Source: Raillietiella orientalis
Lineage: Eukaryota
Assembly: GCA_036172245.1 (NCBI GenBank)
Contig: JAYWIR010000082.1
Span: 1 to 64,000, forward strand
DNA: 64,000 nt
Direction of reading: 5' to 3'
The translations under genes and the position numbers were made by a program. The notes beneath the pieces were generated by a model, which saw nothing but the letters and a program-made list of their open reading frames with translations, ran no database searches and was not told the DNA's origin. This document shows positions 39,342-51,672 of the stretch, one piece after another. Within the stretch, counting starts at the first letter, position 1; every line of letters starts with the position of its first letter.

Positions 39342-41921
39342 ATTTTATACCAGGTTGCTTATGCCGTTCATCCAGCTCATTGATGCAGAAAAATCTCACA
39401 AGTTAGCTGTATTTCTAGTTAAGCATCATCTGCTGTTTTCCCCCAAGTATTTGGATCCGAAATCCCTGGTGTGTATTTCATCCGTTTGATAACTTTAGGG
39501 AACACAGGATTTTCACCCATCCGCATTTGAACAAGTGCGATGTTTTGTATCATCGATTAAGTTCGTGTTCAAAGAACTTTCTCGTGTTCGATGCTTTGAG
39601 CATCAAGTCAAACGAGAGAGAATGAGCATCGAGCATTTTTCGTCAAGAAAAGGAATGCGCGAATGCACTGAGATGCTTGCTGTTCTTCTTTACATTGAAT
39701 GTTCTTCAAATTTGTTGTTGTTGATTCGGCCCTTACGGCAGCTGTGTAGTTAACAGTCATGCAAACCTATTGAAATGCGGTCTGATGAAGAAGGCGAGCC
39801 TATGCATGGGAACGTCGTGTTAGTGACAGGCCAAATATATTGGTGCTCCACAAGAGGATAGCATTTCTTTCGGACACTCGGCAGTATTGCAATGAAGAGC
39901 TCTTCACTTCATGCTCAGCGATTGAAAAGAGTGGGAAGTGACCAACAGTGGGATTGTTCGTAGCATGAAGCATGCCCAGTCATCAATGGAAATTTTCATC
40001 TGCACAACATGGCACTCTTGAAAGATTTGGAAAAATATGGAGAATTTTGGAAATGGATTGGCTTGAACTGCTGACAGGATGATTAGCAGCATGCTTCTGA
40101 ATGTGCAGACATGGAATTGAAAGGAAATGCATTAGTTTGTATAGGTCCATAGACTGAAGCATTCTTGGAAGGTCAAACGGAGTGATGGGATGATGAAACG
40201 GAGCGGTTTTACACGGTTTACCACTCTGAAAACAAAAATAAGTGTTTTGAGCATAACTGTTCATCTCCAATGCTTGAAGTGACGAAGTTTTTTTTTTTGA
40301 TCATCTGAGTGCAGAAATTGAAAGGTGAGGTACTCAGGTGGAATTGTGACAAGAAAAGATGCCGATGATGCAAGTGGCAAGATGTTGTACCTTGCCAATT
40401 GGAGTGAGTTGATCAGACTGAGTTTGATCCATGCTAAAGAAGTTGGAATGTATGAAGGTCTCATGAAGTGGAATTCAATATCGATTCTGAAGAATATAAA
40501 ATTCCTTTATTTTATTCCTGTATTGATTACTTGCACTGGATAGAAAATCCTGTGCATCTTGCTGCGTATATTCATGGCAAAAAGTTCATGGAACATGCAA
40601 CCCTTTTCCCTTTTCTTTGACATTTGTGCTGTCACAGCATTCGGAATGCTCAACCTTCTTTCCTTTGGTGTGCTTCATATTGTAAGGAGTAGCACAATAA
40701 TGCTATTTGTCAGGTGTTGCTGCATGTTTGGGTCAATCTGTTTTTTGCATCAGTGTGGTTATGGTAGTTGCTTGTGTTCCAGAATACATGTGTTTGGGGT
40801 TTGCAGTTTGCTAACCCGATTGGAATAGCAGCAGGTTTTGACAAACAAGGGGAATGCTGCACCGGATTGATAAAGCTAGGCTTTGGTTGGGTGGAGGTTG
40901 GTTCTGTTACGATGCATCCTCAACCGGGTTCATCTCCCCCACGAGTTTTTCGTCTGATCAAAGATAAGGCAATTATTAATAGGTAACAATTTCCATTCAT
41001 TTGCATTCTTTTGATTAGCATATGTAGATATGGCTTCAATAGTGATGGGTACTTGAAGGTGTACAGGCGATTGATGAAATTACGTGGCTCTGGCTATAAG
41101 GGAATTATTGGCGTGAATTTGGGGTGCAACAAGAATAGTGTTTTTCCAGTTGAAGACTATATATCTGGGGTGAAATTATTCTCGAATGTTGCTGATTATA
41201 TTGTAATCAATGTTTCTAGGTAAGTGGAATAGTGTGGGATCGATTTCGAGTTCTCATTTAGTCCAAATACTGTGGGCTTGCGTGCTTTTCAATTGCAAGG
41301 CAAATTACGAGAATTGCTAACTGTTGTTTTGGAAACCAGGAACAGCATATCTGGGCACAAGAATCTGCCTATTTTACTAAAACTAGCTCCTGATCTCAAG
41401 CCTCATGAAAGAGAGGAGATTGCTCAAGTGTGTAAAGAGCTTTCGGTATGTAAGCATTGATGTAGCGGATCTGCCACTGTAGTGCAGGTGGATGGTTTGG
41501 TGATTTGTAACACAACAGTAGAACGGCCTGATCTTCGGGATGGGTTTTCAAAAGAGGAAGGAGGTCTCAGTGGACCCCCATTGAGAGAGATGTCTACAAA
41601 GATGATTTCCGATATGTATCTCCTTACACAAGGCAGAATACCGATCATAGGTGTGGGAGGCGTTAGTAGTGGACGAGATGCTTACGAAAAAATCCGAGCT
41701 GGGGCATCATTAATTCAGCTGTATACAGCTTTAGCATTCTATGGTCCTCCTGTGGTACCACGAATTAAACAAGAGCTCGAAGCACTTTTGAGGTTTAATG
41801 CTTCATTGTGCGAATGTTGGATTACTTGTTGTTTGTTCATTATAGTGCTGATGGCTTCGTAAGTTTGGAAGATGCTGTTGGTGTTGATGTGGATCTCTCC
41901 TTGCAGTCAGGGATGAAATGA
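39151..41921 (+). CDS. DHODH: Dihydroorotate dehydrogenase (quinone), mitochondrial, class 2. Exons 39151-39213 (tentative), 39262-39468, 40783-40982, 41028-41219, 41262-41445, 41488-41792, 41846-41921; ~408 aa
   Basis: Motifs [56 protein letters not shown] and [10 protein letters not shown], with an N-terminal hydrophobic anchor. All introns are GT-AG and restore the frame. Confidence 0.95.
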
Positions 41922-42110
41922 TTGTCAAGGGGATTTTTTTTGGAAATCGAAAATGAGGCTCATTTTCTGGGATACAGCATGTTTTTGTTTTCTACTTTGG
42001 AGGAAGGGTTGGACCCGTTGATAACCTCCTTACCGTTTCAATGAATTGCCCTCACACTGTTTCTTTGCAGTTTGCTGTTCTGACAGTCAGCACTTCCTGT
42101 TCATCTGATC

Positions 42111-43708
42111 ATGGGGGAGGTCAGTGCAAGTTGCTGACAATTCTGTGTGTTAAGTATTTTTTAGGATGTGCAGAGACATTCTGTGCACACGTTGGTGTTT
42201 CGATCACTGAAGAGGAGCCATGACATGTTTCTGTCTGATCAAGGCAACCTTGCTCCTCTTGATCCTAAAGGGTAATATTTCAGGAATTATCTGCCTGCAC
42301 TCTAAAGTGGTGTTCTTTAGGCACAGTTTGCGATTAGCATGCAAGACGCGAGATTTCTACCAGGCAGTACGCCATCTAGTGTCTAAAGAAAAAAAAGTCC
42401 ATGTTGTTGAGGAAGAACAGCTGAAAGGTTGGTGTGCATAGATGCGGGTGGGAGTGGGGGGGAGAGCACCTTTACTTTGTTTCATTGTTTCTCAGAAAAT
42501 GATGTTTCAAGCGAAACAGCATTGGTCCCTGCCCCAGTAGGAGTGCCAAAATCACCAGCACCTCAGTCCACTGTTATGACCAGCCCATCTGCTGTAGTTC
42601 CTAGAAAACCACTTGCTATGCCCAAACCTACCTGGCATCCTCCTTGGAAGCTTCATAGAGTAATCAGTGGTCATCTGGGATGGGTTCGCTGTGTGGCTAT
42701 GGAGCCACAAAACAAATGGTTTTGCACTGGTGCTGCAGATCGAGTTATCAAGGTAAGCCTGTTTAAGAGTGTTGGAATGCATCAAGAATGTTGATTTGGC
42801 TAGATCTGGGATCTAGCTAGTGGGAAGCTCAAGTTATCCTTAACTGGTCATGTGAGCACAGTGCGAGGCCTTGTTGTCAGCCCAAGGCAGCCATACTTGT
42901 TCAGTTGTGGAGAAGATCGACAGGTCAAATGCTGGGATTTAGAGTACAATAAGGTCATTCGCCATTATCATGGTCACTTGAGTGCTGTGTATGGCATTGA
43001 CTTGCATCCCACCATTGATGTGCTGGTCACTTGTGGACGTGACTCCGTAGCCCGTGTTTGGGATATGCGTACCAAAGCCAATATACATACTCTGACAGGC
43101 CACACTAACACAGTTGCTGATGTAGTTTGCCAAGCAACTGAACCAGAAGTCATCACGGGAAGCCATGACTGCACTATCCGGCTGTGGGATTTATCAGCAG
43201 GCAAATGTCGTACAACGCTGACCAACCACAAGAAAAGCGTTCGTTCTGTGATTTTGCATCCTAGTCTGTACATGTTTGCATCCGCTTCTCCTGATAACAT
43301 CAAACAGTGGAAATGCCCCGAAGGACGATTTATTCAAAATCTGGTTGGGCACAATGCCATCATTAACTGTCTGACTGTCAATAGCGATGGTGTTTTGGTA
43401 TCTGGTGGTGATAATGGCACCCTTCATTTTTGGGATTGGCGCACAGGATACAATTTCCAAAGACTCCAGGCCCCTGTGCAGCCTGGGTCCATGGACAGTG
43501 AAGCTGGAATTTTCTCACTCACATTTGATTTGAGTAACAGCAGGCTGATAACAACAGATGCCGATAAAACCATCAAAATCTTCCGAGAGGATGAAACTGC
43601 CGTAAGTCAATCTGCATCGATTGTTTGCATGTCAGCATTCTTCCTTAGACTGAAGAGACTCACCCCATAACGTGGAAACCGGACATTATTAAACGACGTC
43701 GTTATTGA
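42111..43708 (+). CDS. PLRG1: Pleiotropic regulator 1 / Prp46. Exons 42111-42119, 42165-42271, 42321-42427, 42496-42752, 42804-43601, 43649-43708
   Basis: [26 protein letters not shown]-terminus, [26 protein letters not shown]40 repeats, [12 protein letters not shown], and C-terminus [23 protein letters not shown] introns of 45-68 bp. Confidence 0.97.
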
Positions 43709-46700
43709 TCCACCTTCCTTTTTAACGTGCACCGGAGTGGGTAGAACAGAAATGGATGGACTGCAACGCTGTATGCCAAGTTTTCCTGATTAACGTGCAT
43801 CATGACTTGTGCTTCAAGTTGGTAGTCATGATTTCCCTTGCATGGGTGACTTGCAGATTCACCAAAAATTCACTCGTGCTCTTGCTGAGCAGAGCTTTGA
43901 GAGGGAGCTCTCTGCCGTATGATTCTCGAGTCTCTCATCTCCCCAAGCATCAATTTTGGAATCCAGTTGTTCAGAAATAGAGTATTTTTTGATTCCTGTG
44001 AAAGTTAGTAAAAGGTTATGTACAGTGACCCTCTCGTACTGGGAAAAATTTGCAACCAATGGTGTAGGGTGTTGCTGAAGAATGTCACGAGCTTGGAGTT
44101 TCAGGAGTCCATACTTTTGATCAGCTGCGGTTTGCACTGGTCACAAAATGGAACACGGGAACATGTGTAGGCATGCCATCCATGTGCCTTTATTCACATT
44201 AACCTTATTTCTATTGGGTGACCCCACAGTGGCAAGCGAGCCAACCAGCACATGGTTGGCAGTGCGAAATCGGTTCGAACGCATATCGTAGTTGATTGCA
44301 TCGTGATTCTTGCTGTCGCGTCGCCTGTTTTGTTTCACCTGTGCTCTTTGAATTGAGAATCACCTACTTGCTTGGCAAGCATCAGAGAAGATTTCATCAC
44401 TGCATTGTGGAGTTTATGTTCTATTTTCTTCGCGTCAGTTTCCGGCACTGGAGGAGAAGGGCTGTTTACAAGACCAGCGAATTTCCTGTTCGGTAGCATG
44501 GGAAACAAGTTTACAGTCATGCGCTCGTAGCCGGGCATCATCCATCCATCGTGCTTAGCGTGCGTCGAACTTTGGGTGAATTTGGAATGGAAATGCGTGA
44601 AAATTTGGGTGAATTTTGGAATGTTGCAATTTGGGCGGAACGTGGCAAGCCAATTTTCTTGCTGTTTCCATTCTGTTCTGGTGCAACACATCCATCCGAC
44701 TTTGTTTTTTTCGTGACCTTTTCAAGCGACTGCCTTTATTCAGACGAGCACGCGTAGTCCACGCGGGGGATGCGCTGCGGAAGCGATTGTGTCGGCTGAG
44801 TCCGGCAGCGAGGATGAGCGCTCTCGCAGACTCCAGGCGGAAGATCGAACCCGATCGTCCTTCCAGAAATGCCTGGATGTCCATTTCCCTCCGCCAAACG
44901 TCCCTGAAGGGATGGCTGGCTTCCCACAGGCTTCCGTTCCCCCTCCCCTCCGAAGCAGGACGGTTGAAAGTCGTCAAACTTGAGCGGGGTGGAAAGCACG
45001 CCACTCTGCGGCCTAGCGGAAAGGTCTTCCCCGTCGTCCGTGGGGGCCGACAGCGGGGACGGCTTGGTTCCGCGGCGGGGACTCTTCCGTGCGAACGCGG
45101 ACTTCAGCAGCTGACTGGCCGGGCACGTACGCAAGCACCTCCAATCGCGGGTGGCGGAACGCGCCTGCTTGCTCCCATCGGTCGCTCTCCGACCATCCAC
45201 GCGAGCTAACCGGTAGGTGCTGGCGCCCTCGACCTCCGGCCAACCCCCGGCACCTTCCGAACGACTGGTGTCTCCACTAGCAGACGATCTAACTCCTGAG
45301 AGCGCACACTCAGGATTGGGAACTGCGAGGAACTCTGGGAAGGCTACCTTCTGGAGGTCTACTCCATCCAGCGAACTTGTTCGGCAGACTCCCTTCCCGG
45401 CAGGATTCGGAGAAAGCCTGGTGCATCCTCGCGACACGAGCGCGCGCGCCTCTTCCATGCGCCGGCCATACGCAAGGTCTCGCGCGTGGCAGAGCACCGC
45501 GACGGCAGGCCTCAAAGTCGGAAGCGCGCGCGCCCACACCACTCATTCGATGACCGTGGGCGCAGCACCTGCACTGCTCGCTGGATGACCTTGAAGCCCG
45601 TCGGAGCTCCGCTGGGAGTGGTGCTGCTCCTTACTTCAAGGGCGCTCTCCCTTGGACCGCGACGGGAAGAGCGCGTCGATTCTCGACTGTTGCTGTTCCT
45701 TGGCGGCGCGGCCCGTGCCTCACGTGCCCTTTTCGTCAGCTCCTCGGAGCCGGCCCGCTCCTTCGTCGCCTTCCCGAACACCGTCTCCGGGAAGCAGAGG
45801 TTGTTGTTGTTCCCTGCTGGACGATTGGTTGCGAAGCGATTCCGATGCGAAGGTGGTTTTCACCTGGTGACGCCGGGATGCTTATTTAAAAAATAAACCA
45901 CAATTCCGGAAGGAGGGAGGAAACGGCGTCCCCTGAATACAAAAGATTCTCCCCCGCCTCCCTCCCGAGAAAAAAACAAAAAGTGAAAGAAGTTCGTCGG
46001 CGACGACCACCGGCAAGCAGGCCGGCTTCCATACAAGTAAAGAACAGATGAAGGGGACAATAAATAAACAAATAACAAAAAAAACACGGGAAGAACGGCC
46101 TCTGTCTCTCGGAGTCGGGTATGCCCTGCAAACCCAGCAGAGGCTTCTCGCCCTAATTGGGAACAGCCCCCGACTCGCGAGGCGAACTCCGCGGAAGAAG
46201 AGGGCGCGGCGGAGGAAAGCGTTACCCCTGGAAAGAAGTCTGGGGAGAATCCAGGGGAAGAAGGCGGCACCTGGACAACGGTGTCCAGGGAAGCGAAGAG
46301 CGAGCGTGGACACGCGAGCGCCTTCAAGTGCGCATGGAGGGGAACGCACTCCATACGTCAAAACCGCGCCAAACACGTCCGGCTCATGCGTGAAGGGCAT
46401 GAACGTATCCATCGACATGATTATTATCACGGATTTCTTATCTCTTGTTTATAAAGTCAAAAAAATTAACTACACGGATGCAAAACAGCATTATACTCCA
46501 ATTCACATGGGATCTTAATGACCCTTTTGCACGCTCGATGCTCTTGCTTCACTGCAAGGAGGTAATTTACATGCCGTTAATCATCCCGCATCACCACGGT
46601 CTTAATACTTTCAACACTTTGCTCACCACTCCCGTTGCAATTCCTCCTCCAAGACAATTGGTACCTGAAATTCGATCCTTTGGATGTGCACCATTTCAAA

Positions 46701-47253
46701 GCGATATGGTAACCGTTCCCATTCCGGCCTGGACCAATTCCTTCCCATTTGTGAGAAAATTATAGAATGCTACGATTTTCTTTCTTTCCAACAGGGGACT
46801 CTGGAATATCTCCCATGCCTTTTTCTAACTCTTGATCACAAGTCTCATCTGGAAGTTCTTTTTTTCTAACGCTTCATCCACTCAGGGCTGATTTCATCTT
46901 CCAAAAAGCTTTTCATTCCATGCATAGCAAACCTTTGCTTAATAAAATCAAAAAACACCAAGTTGAAAACACTGGGTTGCCAAAATCAATAACACTATTG
47001 ATGCTCAAGCCTAGGAGCAACCTATGGACAATCCTTCTTTAAAAAAAACAAACAAACGCACTCGTATTTAGAAGCAGCAATTCATTGCCTGTGCTGGCTG
47101 ACTGAAAACATGCAAACTGTAGAAAGTCTTGAATTTTCATTCAATTCGTGAAAAGTAGTGAGATTCTTGTCACTCAAAGTTAGGGGCCCATCGGCTGCTT
47201 TTTTTTATTAATGCTAGAATGATAGGCTATCGACATTCATCCTTTTTTCTATT

Positions 47254-47937
47254 TCTAATCCATGGTTAGCCGTTAGCATTCATAGTTGCCATTCTTTTTT
47301 GGTTTTCCATTCGGATACATCTAGCAATGCAGCCGTGTGTAACTCTACACCCGATCCACAAACTTCTATAATCCCTTGTCATTCAAGTGGATGACCATTC
47401 TGCTTCCTGAATTGCAGCGTCACGCGCTGGATTGACAGCAAGCACGTTTTTTTAATCTGAGACGAGCGAGAAAATTAAAAAAAAAAAGTCCTACGCTTGA
47501 GCCTTCAATGATCGGTCATCAGGACGTACGGACAGCCAATTTTGATGTTGTCTTTTCGCATATCTTCTCGAGTAATTACGTGACCCTTTGGGGTATCAAT
47601 ACCGAGGACTGAAATACATGCTTGGACATTGCTTCGTTCATAGCGACAGCCGAAGCCATGACTCCTGAATGTGTCTATTTTATACCTAAAATCTATAATA
47701 AACCTTGAATGCAGCCATCTTCTCCGGAAGATCCATGCAGAGCAATAAAACCAAAATCAGAATCAGCTTTTTTCAGCTTTTCAAAAATGTCGATATCAAC
47801 ATCTATTTCTATTGCATTATATGAAAGACAATCAAGTGCCTTCTTCACTGCTTTTCCGCTCATCAGCGACGAGAATTTCCCTTTCACGAGAGAATCCCCC
47901 ACTTGAAATTGCTGTGGTTGCAACCACAAGCGCTCTA
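47254..47937 (-). pseudogene. ddl: Mirror copy of the Wolbachia-like ddl pseudogene
   Basis: Reverse complement of 29055-29740. Confidence 0.92.
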
Positions 47938-48154
47938 TATTTTGCTATGAAAGGTGCTCCTATCTTCAATAGAAACCTGCTGAAGTAATTTAGATTCACC
48001 GAAAATTTGACAATTTCCGTTCTACTGCGTTTTAACGGATTAGCATCAGTTTGGTATGGAATAATATGGAAAACCCCAAAAATGCAACCATTTCGACCAA
48101 AACCAAAAACAGATAGCGCGAGATACAAGAAGTTTCTTTCTCCCCTCAGTAACG

Positions 48155-48540
48155 CTACCTCAGATTTTCATCACAATAAGCTGCTTTGTCCATTTTTTTC
48201 TACATGCTCTTCTGCAGTATCCAGAGGCTGCTTTTGAAATTGCTCTTTGGTTGCAGGGGTTGCTGTCATATTTGGCCACTTTTTCGAGTATTCTGCACTT
48301 ATATCGTTGGAAGAAATTGAAAGTTTCTTGTTCGCTGCTCAGTGACTCCTCATCTAATTCCAAAGTACCTTTTGTGGAGCCATCGGTTACAATTGCATCC
48401 ACTGGGCATTCAGGTATCCGCAATCAATACATTCATCCGGATTGATCACGAGCGTGTTTTTGCCTTCGTAGGAACAGTCACACTTCCACGCAGTCCGTAC
48501 ACATCCATTTTATGCATTTATATGTAACAAAATGCGTCCA
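48155..48540 (-). pseudogene. fdxA: Mirror copy of the Wolbachia-like ferredoxin pseudogene
   Basis: Reverse complement of 28452-28837. Confidence 0.88.
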
Positions 48541-49281
48541 AAAACACTGGATATTGGTATTATCTTGGGTACACTAAACGAATAAGAAATTCAAGTCACT
48601 TTCTTCTTGATGTGCATTCTAGTTTAGATGCCAGCAAATATTGGATGTTTTTTTCAGCAATTGGAAAAAGCCCTTCCACGAAGATAAGTGAGTCGAATAC
48701 CGAAAGCTGGAGATTTGGCTGACCCTAGCTAGGACTGTGGGAGGGAACGACAAGGTTTGCGAGTAAACTAAGGGCGTGCGGTTGGTGGGGAGAAGCGCTA
48801 AAGTGCCACTGCAGGAAGACTACTGTGCGTCGTGGCTATAAAAGATGCAAATCCATTTACAAACGTCTCCCTGATGCAGGCACGAATAAGGTACGTTTGT
48901 AGGGAAGGCATTTGGGTTCTTTCTGATTCGGGACTCATCCGGAAAGAGACAGGAACAAGAAACTGCGGAAAAGTGCCTGCCTGGATCTAGGACATCGTCC
49001 AGGCACACTCAACTCCTGTTTTCCCCCAGTGCATACCTAAGCGCAGTCACTTTTCAAAGTGCAAGTGCGGCGGTGACTTTCGTCACTTCCAGCATGCAGC
49101 GTGAATGAATGAGGAAATAAATTCACCCCACCCCATGTGGGATTGGGGAAAATGGCGAGTGCCCGCGTCGGAGGCTTTGTGGTTAAGGCTTCCGCGCGTG
49201 GCAGCAGGAGTCGCGGGATCGACTGCTCAGGCAGAAGAAACTGACGCCACGGAGCGGTTGGGTTCGCATTAGCCGCACGCA

Positions 49282-50269
49282 CATCTTTTCTTGTCACCTC
49301 ATTCCACCCGAGTAGCCCACCTTTGATTCTGTGCACCCAGCTGATTGAAAAAAAACTTGGTCGCCTCAATCAATGGAGATGAACGGTTATGCTCAAAACA
49401 CTTATTTTTGTATTCAGAGCGGTAAACCGTGTAAAACCGCTCCGTTTCATCGTCCCATCACTCCGTTTGACCTTCCAAGAATGCTTCAGTCTATGGACCA
49501 ATACAAACTAATGGATTTCCTTCCGATTCCACGTCTGCACATTCAGAAGCATGCTGCTAATCATCCGGTCAGCAGTTCAAGCCAATCCATTTCCAAAATT
49601 CTCGATTTTTTCCCAAATCTTTCAAGAGTGCCATGTTGTGCAGATGAAAATTTCCATTGATGACTGGGCATGCTTCATGCTACGAACAATCCCACTGCTG
49701 GTCACTTCCCACTCTTTTCAATCGCTGAGCATGAAGTGAAGAGCTCTTCATTGCAATACTGCCAAGTGTCCGAAAGAAATGCTATCCTCTTGTGGAGCAC
49801 CAATATATTTGACCTGTCACTAACACGACGTTCCCATGCATAGGCTCGCCTTCTTCATCAGACCGCATTTCAATTGCTTTGCATGACTGTTAACTACACA
49901 GCTGCCGTAAGGGCCGAATCAACAACAGCAAATTTGAAGAACATTCAATGTAAAGAAGAACAGCAAGCATCTCAGTGCATTCGCGCATTCCTTTTCTTGA
50001 CGAAAAGTGCTCGATGTTCATTCTCTCTCGTTTGACTTGATGCTCAAAGCATCGAACACGAGAAAGTTCTTTGAACACGAACTTAATCGATGATACAAAA
50101 CATCGCACTTGTTCAAATGCGGATGGGTGAAAATCCTGTGTTCCCTAAAGTTATCAAACGGATGAAATGCACACCAGGGATTTCGGTTCCACATACTTAG
50201 GGGAGACCAGCAGATGATGCTTAACTGGAAATGCAGCTACTTTGTGAGATTTTTCTGCATCAACGAGCT
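49282..50269 (-). pseudogene. Mirror copy of the DHODH exon 2/intron 2 duplicate
   Basis: Reverse complement of 26723-27710. Confidence 0.92.
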
Positions 50270-50521
50270 ACTTCACCCTCGATAAACGCTCAGGCTGCCG
50301 TTCTGCCACCACGTGCACGGCGGACGAATCCACTGGGGAAAGGATGCGGTCCGGGTTGTCACCACAGCCATCTTTCTCGCACGAGTGGCTGCACGATTCT
50401 GCAGTACCTCGATGAATCGGCCGACCGCAAGCTGCAAGCGGCACGTGAAGCTCGGATGCTGAGCTGATGCGGAAAGCTCAACTCCGGTGACGTCATCTTT
50501 CGTCGAGAACTTACTCCGGCT

Positions 50522-51672
50522 GTCCAGTGAGCGACGGAAGCAAAAACGCCTATTTGTCAGAGTTCAGTTCATCCATCTGCTTATCTTGTTTTCGGGTCCC
50601 GGCATCCGACCCCGTTTTGTTTGGCCGACTCTTCCTTTGCCATGATATTCGTCGCGCACACTTTCCTTCCAGAAGTGCGTGTACCAACCTAGAATACACG
50701 GGAGATGCCTCTCGAATTCCGAAATCAGGAAAGCTGTACATCCGATCCTGCTGCCGCCTCCGGCCACCAATCACCCCACCGCCGGGCGTCCTCAAGAAAC
50801 GGGAATTCTAGGATCGCGCTCACCAAGGCGTAGTCCCTGGTTTCGGGAGTGCTGGAGAGACGCGCTGCTCTTACTCCGCCGTGTTTCCTACCGTGCGGCT
50901 CTGCAGCATTTGGTACGGAGGCTCACGGGATGGCATCCTCTTCTGCTCTCGCGACGCTGCTGGAACTTGGGGTTTACGCTTTTGCAGACTTTTTTGCTGT
51001 CACGATTTCGGAGTTTCGGCCCACTCACCTCTTCTTTTCTCCTGTTCCACGAATTTCGGGCACCTCGCCATTGTGTATTCGTACTCGTGGCAGCGCCGGC
51101 AATCCACGGAGGCACACCTCATCTTCTGTTATCTTTCCTTGCCGCATTAGCCGCACGCACACGGATGCTTGGCAGTTGCCTCATCCGACTGTAGTCGTGT
51201 GGGGATGGCGAGCCGCTTCGCCACTGTCACTGTGGCGAATGTCTTCGAACCACTTGACAAGGTTCGATTTTCTCGACAGAGCGCAGACAGCGGCGAGCGC
51301 TCTGCGCCAGGATGCGAAACAGTTCGAGGTCCGCAACGGTTCGAGGTGGCGCTCAACCTCACTTGATTGGACGACGAGAGATTGGAGCTCAGCTGCGGGA
51401 ACGACCATTCGCTCCTGGATGGTCAGCAACGCTTGCAGCACTTGATGCGTAAGAAGCGCGTCCCTACCCGACAGCCGCGTACGAACAGGAAGGAGGGAAG
51501 CACCCTCCCTGCGAACGCCCACTCGAGGCGCCCAGGCACACGGTGACTCATCTCGCAGCCGAGTGCGGGCTTGTAGGGTCCCATACGCCCGCAACTTTGG
51601 GCCTTCGGACACCATATGGCAGCGGCAGCGACTCCGGCGAAACTTCTGTCCAGCAGGAAGACGAGCTGCCCA
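50522..51672 (-). other. Mirror copy of the putative toti-like RdRp relic
   Basis: Reverse complement of 25320-26470. Confidence 0.45.
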
